Part shown: positions 1-5,940 of the stretch, one piece after another | Numbering within the stretch: the first letter of the stretch is position 1 | How the letters are laid out: the number at the start of each line of letters is the position of its first letter | Source: a virus | Strand: one strand, 5' to 3' | DNA length: 44,680 nt | Virus record (IMG/VR): IMGVR_UViG_3300033068_000459 | Location: 1-44,680 of that record | The notes under the pieces: model-generated | Database searches by the model: none | Seen by the model: the letters and a program-made list of their open reading frames with translations, nothing else | What the model was told of the DNA's origin: nothing | Translations under genes and position numbers: made by a program

Positions 1-208
1 ACGGCAATGCGCGGGTGTACGGCGATGCGTGGGTGTACGGCAATGCGCGGGTGTACGGCGATGCGTGGGTGTACGGCGATGCGCGGGTGTACGGCAATGC
101 GCGGGTGTACGGCGATGCGCGGGTGTACGGCGATGCGCGGGTGTACGGCAATGCGCGGGTGTACGGCAATGCGCGGGTGTACGGCAATGCGCGGGTGTAC
201 GGCGATGG
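1..208. repeat. 18-bp tandem repeat GTGTACGGC[G/A]ATGCG[C/T]GG (continues from 44515..44680)
   Basis: Read directly. Units are perfect except for two two-state positions, and the last unit degenerates at ~209. Nt 1-72 are identical to nt 44609-44680. Confidence 0.95.
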
Positions 209-443
209 CCTGATCTTCTGGGCTTCAAAAGTCGGCTCTGAAAACGGTACTTTGACCGTCTACAACTCGACAGACAATGCGTTGCTTGTCACGCGGGGAT
301 GTTTCCTCGGGACCGTCGATGAATTCCTTGCGGCTTCAGAAAAGAAGCATGACGAAGATACGCACCTCGAATACCGATTGTTGATTGAGGTTGCTCATTC
401 AAGGATCACACGCGCACGCGCAAAACTGGAGAACACAAAATGA
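1..443 (+). CDS. Hexapeptide-repeat protein, 3' part (same gene as 44359..44680; crosses the window junction in frame)
   Basis: Frame 3 is open from nt 3 (GNARVYGDAW...) to TGA 441-443. The last base of the window (t) plus nt 1-2 (ac) gives TAC, which restores the V-Y-G repeat. About 11 repeat units are followed by a 78-aa non-repeat C-terminus (LIFWASKVGSENGTLTVY...). Confidence 0.75.
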   Translation, partial: GNARVYGDAWVYGNARVYGDAWVYGDARVYGNARVYGDARVYGDARVYGNARVYGNARVYGNARVYGDGLIFWASKVGSENGTLTVYNSTDNALLVTRGCFLGTVDEFLAASEKKHDEDTHLEYRLLIEVAHSRITRARAKLENTK

Positions 444-829
444 ACGAAAAAGCATCGCCGATCAAGATGAAATCCACTCTCAACGCCTGGATTTCTGACG
501 ACTGGTCAATGGGAAGTCTTTTGACGGCTTTGAAAGAAGGAGACGAAAAGTCAGCAGTTCAATCAATGAACTACTTCAGAAGCGAGACCATGGAATCTCA
601 AGGCTTGGTCCGCGTTGGCACGGCAACGGTAGAGGTTGAGATTTTCCCAACCGATCAACTGCAAAGCCAACAGCTTGCCACGCTGACCGCGCAGCTTGAG
701 AAAGAGCGAGCAGAAAGCCAAGTCCGGCAGAATGCGATTCTGGATCGTATCAGCAAGCTCCAGGCCATCGGGTACAACCCGTTTGATGCTGTTGCTGATC
801 CGTTGTCTGAAGACGAAATTCCGTTCTAA
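440..829 (+). CDS. Hypothetical early protein with an SSB-like acidic C-terminal tip (...PLSEDEIPF)
   Basis: The ATG overlaps the upstream stop (ATGA). 129 aa with a coiled-coil-like Q/L/E-rich segment. The C-terminus ends in DEIPF. Confidence 0.7.
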   Translation: MNEKASPIKMKSTLNAWISDDWSMGSLLTALKEGDEKSAVQSMNYFRSETMESQGLVRVGTATVEVEIFPTDQLQSQQLATLTAQLEKERAESQVRQNAILDRISKLQAIGYNPFDAVADPLSEDEIPF

Positions 830-862
830 CCCGCGCAAAAGCGCATCAACAGGAGAAAGCAA

Positions 863-1222
863 ATGAGCATTGACAATCTGACTTTTGGCGAGCTGAAGCA
901 AATCGCCGCCATGTTTTCCGGCCAGCAGGCCAAATCTTCCGAACACCCGATGGTCGGTCAATACGTGATCGCCCGTTGCTACTCGGCGGGCGTTCATGCT
1001 GGCGAAGTCGTGAGCGTGGATGGCGAAAACGTCATCTTGAAGGATTCTCGCCGACTGTGGTCTTGGAAAGCTCAAGATGGCGTGGCTCTTTCGGGCGTTG
1101 CCCAGCATGGCATCCAAAACCAATCCTGCAAAATTGATACTCAGAATCCGATGATCTATCTGACTGGTGTTTGTGAGTTGATCCCATGCACTCGGACTGC
1201 CAAGGAGAGTATTAATGCCTAA
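863..1222 (+). CDS. Hypothetical protein
   Basis: AGGAGAA lies 7-8 nt upstream of the ATG. 119 aa. The stop overlaps the next start. Confidence 0.7.
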   Translation: MSIDNLTFGELKQIAAMFSGQQAKSSEHPMVGQYVIARCYSAGVHAGEVVSVDGENVILKDSRRLWSWKAQDGVALSGVAQHGIQNQSCKIDTQNPMIYLTGVCELIPCTRTAKESINA

Positions 1223-1496
1223 CAAGGTGTTTCGCTCCGGCGACGGATCCGGCTACGGCGACGGATCCGGCGACGGATCCGGCTACGGCTACGGCGACGG
1301 ATCCGGCTACGGCGACGGATCCGGCGACGGATCCGGCTACGGCTACGGATCCGGCTACGGCGACGGATCCGGCTACGGCGACGGATCCGGCGACGGCGAC
1401 GGATCCGGCGACGGATCCGGCTACGGCGACGGATCCGGCTACGGCTACGGCGACGGATCCGGCTACGGCTACGGCGACGGATCCGGCAAAGGATGA
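1215..1496 (+). CDS. Gly/Asp/Ser/Tyr low-complexity repeat protein, (GDGSGY)n
   Basis: The ATG overlaps the upstream stop region and the stop overlaps the next ATG (ATGA), so it appears translationally coupled on both sides. 93 aa, almost entirely GDGSGY/GYGY units. Confidence 0.55.
   Translation: MPNKVFRSGDGSGYGDGSGDGSGYGYGDGSGYGDGSGDGSGYGYGSGYGDGSGYGDGSGDGDGSGDGSGYGDGSGYGYGDGSGYGYGDGSGKG
1239..1487. repeat. Imperfect tandem array of GGCGACGGATCCGGCTAC-type units
   Basis: Read directly. About 14-15 GGATCC (each containing GATC) occur within ~250 bp. Confidence 0.9.
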
Positions 1497-1963
1497 CCAG
1501 AAAACGCACAGTACGTAGGGTATGGCAGAAGGTAAACCCAATCACTCATGCAGTGGCTGGGGCGTCTATCAAGCCAAGGTCGGAGCTTGACAAACTTCTG
1601 ATGCGCGAGCTTTCCGCCTTGGACGACATGACCCATGGAAAAGCCAGCCTGCAACAGTGGCACGACCTGGCGAACGTGGTTAACCTATGCGAAACGCTTG
1701 CGCATGAGAAAGTCGGGGCGGAGGCTTTGGAATCTTGCCGGACGGCGCAAGATGCGCTGATCGAGGCCGCGAAGAGGTTTCAGGAAACGCAGCGGATGGG
1801 CTTGTCAGGCATCGGGATTCAGGCCCTGCGGGATGTGATTTCGTATCACGACCTACAGCGCTCCAGCATCCCTCGAAGCCAGTACGAGGCGGCTATCCGG
1901 CTGACTGCGGCGCGGGTAAAAAGTGGGTACGCTACGGTTGATCTTGGGGAGATGCTCGGTTAA
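1493..1963 (+). CDS. Hypothetical protein with an arginine-rich N-terminus (MTRKRTVRRVWQK); last gene before the ORF-free region
   Basis: ATGA overlap with the upstream gene. 156 aa. No recognised catalytic motif. Its position at the early/late boundary suggests a regulator, but this is inference only. Confidence 0.7.
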   Translation: MTRKRTVRRVWQKVNPITHAVAGASIKPRSELDKLLMRELSALDDMTHGKASLQQWHDLANVVNLCETLAHEKVGAEALESCRTAQDALIEAAKRFQETQRMGLSGIGIQALRDVISYHDLQRSSIPRSQYEAAIRLTAARVKSGYATVDLGEMLG

Positions 1964-2004
1964 AATTTGCCACGGCCTGAGTAGGATACGCCGTCAATCT
2001 GCTC

Positions 2005-2027
2005 TGACACCCCGGAAAGACGGGGAC
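2005..2027 (+). repeat. Hairpin repeat copy 1: TGACACCCCGGAAAGACGGGGAC
   Basis: 5-bp stem CCCCG/CGGGG with loop GAAAGA. Two further copies lie downstream. Confidence 0.9.
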
Positions 2028-2161
2028 GAATTTGAGACTTTGCTGCCGGGCTGGTCACCTACACCGTAAACACAGCATCCCCCGTATGAGTCGGCTAACG
2101 ACGGGGCGTCAGTCACAGGACATAGTCGCGGGCGAGCGCGCCGCAATGGTTGTGTCAGCGT

Positions 2162-2184
2162 TGACACCTCGGAGAGACGGGGAT
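2162..2184 (+). repeat. Hairpin repeat copy 2: TGACACCTCGGAGAGACGGGGAT
   Basis: Same element. The C>T change in the stem keeps pairing as a U-G wobble. The loop GAGAGA remains all purine. Confidence 0.9.
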
Positions 2185-2328
2185 GAACAGAAAAGGCTGG
2201 ATGACTTCATCCTTCAAGACGGCCTCTAAATGTCTACGAAGGGTGTCACTCGACAGGCGACCGGTCCTGGGCGGGCTGTGCAATTGAGCCATATCACAGA
2301 GTGCGAGCTGCATCGGCCAACAGATCAG

Positions 2329-2351
2329 TGACACCCCGGAAAGACGGGGAC
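2329..2351 (+). repeat. Hairpin repeat copy 3: TGACACCCCGGAAAGACGGGGAC
   Basis: Identical to copy 1. Confidence 0.9.
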
Positions 2352-2863
2352 TATCACATAGGCGGCGGCGTGGAAAGCAGACACGCACAAAACCCGAATG
2401 TACGTGACCTCCAGCGCGTTGAGTAGGGATGGAGATAGCTGGGTTAGCGTCCAGCCCGCCTATTTGATGGACCATGAAGACTTCGGATTGCGCTTACTCC
2501 TAGCATCGGTAAGACGATAGGCAGCTACACAGGTGACGAGTTTGGGGTTGCTCCCAAGCGCGTAGCTGGCGCCAAAAAATCCACCCCCTTAAGCAAGGGG
2601 AAGTCCGAAGCATTGATGTGCCATGAAGCCTCAGACCTAAAAGCGTCCGCACCCTTGACGCACGGTATCCAGTCCGCAGAGTAGGGTAGGTCTGAGACTT
2701 GATGGTGAGCATTTCATGCGATTGGTATAAGATGGACACAAGGTTGCCTCAGTGTCCCAAGGGTTCACGGCCAGAATTGGCAACTAAAGACCGTGAGAAG
2801 CGAAAACCCGGAAGGGTCGTGCGAGATTCCTGATAAACGCCGTCTTTCACCATCAACCCATTC

Positions 2864-3301
2864 GCTGTCTTAGCTCAATTGGTAGAGCACCATACTGTAT
2901 AATGTATGTATGCACTACAACACTATGCGATACCGCCGAAGAATGGCGGAAATGAAACGGATTCTTGGCGGTCAATGCGTGGGGTGCGGGTCTGTAGATT
3001 GTTTGGAGATCCACCACAAAGTACCGGCTGATAAGTCCTTCACTCTTTCCCTTGAATTTGATAAGCCATGGAATGAAATTGAGTTAGAGCTTCGCAAATG
3101 TGAGTTGAGGTGCAAGGCTTGTCATAAGCTTGAACATGCTGCGAAGCATGGATTGGGGATGTATTCCCATCACAAGTGCCGATGTGATGTTTGCAAAAAA
3201 GCATGGAGCATTGCAACCAAGAAATACAAGCAAAAGTCCAAAGAAAAACGGCTAGCCCAAAAAATGGGAGGTCCTTGGTTCGATTCCTAGAGGCAGCACC
3301 A
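2864..3301 (+). tRNA. tRNA gene split by a ~370-nt insertion in the anticodon arm (identity not assignable)
   Basis: 5' half 2864-~2896: acceptor GCTGTCT, TA, D-arm GCTC-AATTGGTA-GAGC, A, then CCATA... 3' half ~3263-3301: ATGG-GAGGTC, T-arm CTTGG-TTCGATT-CCTAG (one T-T mismatch), acceptor AGGCAGC (7/7 pairs with the 5' strand, one G-U), discriminator A, and an encoded CCA. Confidence 0.55.
2910..3290 (+). CDS. HNH endonuclease located inside the split tRNA
   Basis: Motifs CVGCGS...EIHHKVP...CKACHKLEH, plus a C-terminal HHKCRCDVCK zinc-type motif. Visibly AT-richer than the flanks (by eye). The last ~9 codons and the TAG stop lie in the tRNA variable loop and T-arm. Confidence 0.85.
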   Translation: MHYNTMRYRRRMAEMKRILGGQCVGCGSVDCLEIHHKVPADKSFTLSLEFDKPWNEIELELRKCELRCKACHKLEHAAKHGLGMYSHHKCRCDVCKKAWSIATKKYKQKSKEKRLAQKMGGPWFDS

Positions 3302-3380
3302 AATACTAAATTCCCCATTGCAATGATGGGAGTTATAATTCCTAATACGTGCGATTAGACCGCACTATTAAGGGGTTCAA

Positions 3381-3536
3381 ATGAGTGATTTGCAAGGTAC
3401 GGCTAGTGATGCGCGGATGAAAATTCAAATCACCCGGGCTGCAACTGGCGCGGTTGAAGATTACGAATTGATCCTAACTCCGCTTCCAATCGTCCAAGAA
3501 ACCGAGGGCGATCAGCCCGAAAAGGATAGCCAATGA
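3381..3536 (+). CDS. Small hypothetical protein (51 aa)
   Basis: AAGGGG lies upstream of the ATG. The stop overlaps the next ATG (ATGA). Below the cutoff of the ORF track; translated by hand. Confidence 0.45.
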   Translation: MSDLQGTASDARMKIQITRAATGAVEDYELILTPLPIVQETEGDQPEKDSQ

Positions 3537-4114
3537 GCCTCGTAACTCACTCCGTCGCCGCGCAAAATGCCGCAACTGATGCCGTCACCGCGCAGATCGG
3601 CGCATCCGGCAACTTGGCCTTTCGATTGGCTGGGACCATTGGGTCTCCCGGCGCAGTGGCTGCTACCTTGGCGCTGTCGGCTACCGCATTCGGTGCTGCA
3701 ACTGGTGGCGTGGCAACTACCAACGCGATCACCACGAACACCAACGTTGTCGGCAATGCCTCCCCAGTGGCTACGGCAACTCTCCAGACTTCGGGCGGTA
3801 CTCCGGTGATTCACTTTGCTGTGGCGGCTTCTGTGACCACGACCATTACGGGATCGTCTGGCGCGGCAACGATCACGGTTGGCTCTGCCACTGGCTTGGC
3901 TAGTGGCATGAATGTGAGCGGCACGGGCATTGCGTCTGGCGCTTCTATTGTCAACATCACCGGCACCACTGTCACGTTGTCTGCGAACAACACGGGCGCA
4001 GTTTCTGGATCTGGCACTTTCGTGGCTGACATGACGGTCACAAACGGCCTGACATTTGCCCCCGGCGATACCGTGAGCTGCTCAAGTCTGACTTATCGTG
4101 CATTGATCGCATAA
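3533..4114 (+). CDS. Ala/Thr/Gly-rich conserved phage protein, function unknown (possibly virion or fibre associated)
   Basis: 193 aa. The N-terminal pattern AQNAATDAVTAQIGASGNLAF...ATAFGAATGG resembles a recurrent phage family that I cannot name. Confidence 0.6.
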   Translation: MSLVTHSVAAQNAATDAVTAQIGASGNLAFRLAGTIGSPGAVAATLALSATAFGAATGGVATTNAITTNTNVVGNASPVATATLQTSGGTPVIHFAVAASVTTTITGSSGAATITVGSATGLASGMNVSGTGIASGASIVNITGTTVTLSANNTGAVSGSGTFVADMTVTNGLTFAPGDTVSCSSLTYRALIA

Positions 4115-4125
4115 AGGGGTAAAGC

Positions 4126-5940
4126 GTGGCAACCCCGACGCTGCTGAGTGTCAGTAACGTCGCGCTTCCTAACACTGCCGACTCAGGAAACGTAAGCGTT
4201 ACCGCCCCGACTGGGGCGAATGCCTGTGTCATCGGCGGGACGTTCTACGTCAGCGATAACAGCGTTGTCACGAGCCTAACGGGCTCTCAGCTAACGACAA
4301 CGACGAACGGCGGTCTGCGCACAGCTACGCCTAGCGGCGGGAACTACATGAGTTCCTATGCCCAGGCATTCCAAGTCACGGCGACCGGGTCACAGACCAT
4401 CCGGCTCCAAAAGACCGGGGGCTACTCCGAAGGGCCAACCTGCCAAATTGCATGGCTGACGGTTGATGATCCAACCGATTTTGTCAGGACGGGCGGCTTT
4501 CTGATTGACAGTCAGAACAGCTCACCGGATACCCTGACAGTCACGCTCAATAGTGCTATTACCGATCTTGTGCTCGGTATGTTTGGCACCGATGGTAGCT
4601 CTGCCGATCCTACTGCCCCGACTGGCACGACCCAACAAGGGACGATGCAGACGACGCAGTTTGACAAGTCGATCACGTTCACTGTCAACAGCCCGGGCGC
4701 ATCCACGACGACGATCACGGCAGGTAGTAGGGCTTTTCCTACACTGTTTGGCATTTCGCTTAAGGCTGGCGGCGGCGGAGCCACAACTCACGCAGCTACT
4801 GGCGCATTGGTCGGCTCCGGCTCTACGGTGTCTGGATCGTCGGCAAGAACTCGGTCGCATGGATCGGGCGGTACGCTTACCGGCCCTGGTTCTGCGATTG
4901 TTGGAAGTTCGCAACACAATGCGCCTCACGCCTCCAGCGCGGTATTGTCCGGCGCTGGAGCATTGGTTTCGGGATCAGCAAGCAGGACTAGGCAGCATGC
5001 CACCTCGGGAATTTTGGTGGGGTCGGGTGCTGCTGTATCGGGATCAGCCAATCGAACGCGTAGCCACGCGGGAGCTGGCGCGCTATCTGGTCTAGGGTCT
5101 TCGATTTCTGGATCTGCCAACAAAACGCGTCAGCACATTGGATCGGGGGCGCTTACGGGCCCCGGCTCGGCTGTTTCTGGGTCCGCAACAAGATCAAAAA
5201 TCCATGCTTCTAGCGGCGTCCTGATCGGTCTCGGTTCGGATATAGATGGAGGCGGAGCTAGAACAAGGCAGCATCCAGCATCCGCCATTCTGATCGGCCC
5301 AGGATCGACGATTCAAGGCGCTGCAAACCGAAGTGCCCCAGGTGTCCATAACGCCACTGGATCGCTTGTCGGCAAGGGTTCGGCGGTTTCAGGAGCTGCT
5401 GCACGGTCGCATATCTTCACCGTCACTGGCGCGCTGATTGGGCCGGGCTCCTACATCAGCGGCGCTGCCTCCCGAACAACGGGGGCCGTATCGCATAACG
5501 CTACGGGTGTTCTTTCTGGGCAGGGATCGGCGGTCGCTGGTACATCGGCCAGAAAGCGCACATTTGCATCATCCGGCACCCTCACAGGACAAGGCGCTAG
5601 GGTTGTCGGGACTTCCGCGAGGAAGCGGACATTTGCAGTTACTGGGGTACTGATCGGTCAAGGCTCTGCTGTTTCGGGGTCTGCTACCCGCTTCCGAGTT
5701 CATGCCGTCTCTGGTGCTTTGGTAGGCCCTGGAGCGTCTATTTCAGGGCTGGCAAGCCGAGTCAATGCGCCTGTTTCCCATGACGCCACGGCCAATCTGA
5801 TCGGTCAGGGATCATTTGTATCTGCGCAAGCCCAACTGAGCGGGTTCACGATTATCATTCAAGATTACAGGATGGTAGTTAAACCGCCACGACGAAACTG
5901 GATTGCCCAGCCGCCGCGCCGCAACTGGACTGCAAGATGA
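4126..5940 (+). CDS. Large repeat protein: N-terminal ~220-aa domain, ~15 tandem 23-residue repeats, duplicated PPRRNW tail
   Basis: GTG start. 604 aa. Repeat consensus is H-x3-G-x-L-x-G-x-G-S-x-V-S-G-S-A-x-R-T-R-x. The C-terminus reads VKPPRRNWIAQPPRRNWTAR. Confidence 0.7.
   Translation: MATPTLLSVSNVALPNTADSGNVSVTAPTGANACVIGGTFYVSDNSVVTSLTGSQLTTTTNGGLRTATPSGGNYMSSYAQAFQVTATGSQTIRLQKTGGYSEGPTCQIAWLTVDDPTDFVRTGGFLIDSQNSSPDTLTVTLNSAITDLVLGMFGTDGSSADPTAPTGTTQQGTMQTTQFDKSITFTVNSPGASTTTITAGSRAFPTLFGISLKAGGGGATTHAATGALVGSGSTVSGSSARTRSHGSGGTLTGPGSAIVGSSQHNAPHASSAVLSGAGALVSGSASRTRQHATSGILVGSGAAVSGSANRTRSHAGAGALSGLGSSISGSANKTRQHIGSGALTGPGSAVSGSATRSKIHASSGVLIGLGSDIDGGGARTRQHPASAILIGPGSTIQGAANRSAPGVHNATGSLVGKGSAVSGAAARSHIFTVTGALIGPGSYISGAASRTTGAVSHNATGVLSGQGSAVAGTSARKRTFASSGTLTGQGARVVGTSARKRTFAVTGVLIGQGSAVSGSATRFRVHAVSGALVGPGASISGLASRVNAPVSHDATANLIGQGSFVSAQAQLSGFTIIIQDYRMVVKPPRRNWIAQPPRRNWTAR
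4788..5838. repeat. Degenerate ~69-nt coding tandem repeats (~15 units)
   Basis: The periodicity is read from the translated protein. The DNA copies have diverged. Confidence 0.8.

Larger units (their letters stand above)
1964..2863 (+). ncRNA. Candidate large structured non-coding RNA or long structured leader
   Basis: This is the only ~0.9 kb ORF-poor gap in a tightly packed genome. It contains many G/C-rich hairpins and tetraloops, one 15/17-bp long helix (2621-2637 with 2689-2705), repeated motifs, and an adjacent tRNA. The strand is inferred from the flanking + strand genes. Confidence 0.4.

Noticed and set aside
7-241. Track ORFs 7..213 and 29..241, the alternative frames of the 18-bp repeat
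   Set aside because: They exist only because a perfect 18-bp repeat has no stops in any frame. Only frame 3 connects in frame to the upstream ATG/RBS at 44359 and to a non-repeat C-terminal domain.
563-1545. Minus-strand ORFs 563..1225, 1212..1541 and 1219..1545
   Set aside because: They are antisense to a chain of translationally coupled plus-strand genes. The latter two are just the reverse reading of the GGATCC repeat array. None has an RBS or operon context.
2005-2351. Possibility that the repeated hairpins, or the 18-bp arrays at the window ends, are a CRISPR array
   Set aside because: The hairpin repeats are 23 nt with ~135-145-nt unequal spacers and only three copies. The 18-bp arrays have no spacers at all and are coding. 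No cas genes are present.
2580-2705. Local resemblance to RNase P CR-I (GGGGAAGTCC vs GAGGAAAGUCC) and to the group I intron R element (CAGACCTAAAAG vs CAGACUAAAUG)
   Set aside because: I could not find the partner elements: the P4 3' strand and CR-V for RNase P, or P3/P4/P6 and a short P7 for group I. The helix here is 17 bp, too long for P7. I have kept this only as a reason to run covariance models.
2032-2739. Short ORFs inside the ORF-free region (2032..2229 +, 2155..2475 -, 2500..2739 -)
   Set aside because: Non-ATG or unsupported starts, no Shine-Dalgarno sequence, and Arg/Cys/Trp-rich junk-like composition. They overlap the predicted RNA helices. The region is treated as non-coding.
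3263-3301. tRNA 3' half as a phage attP core
   Set aside because: No integrase anywhere in the genome, and the matching 5' half of the same tRNA is also present 370 nt upstream.
2898-3339. Perfect TATAAT hexamers at 2898-2903 (7 nt before the HNH ATG) and 3334-3339 (before the late genes) as promoters
   Set aside because: No acceptable -35 at 16-18 nt spacing and no TGn extended -10 in either case. They could still be activator-dependent late promoters, but the sequence alone does not support a call.
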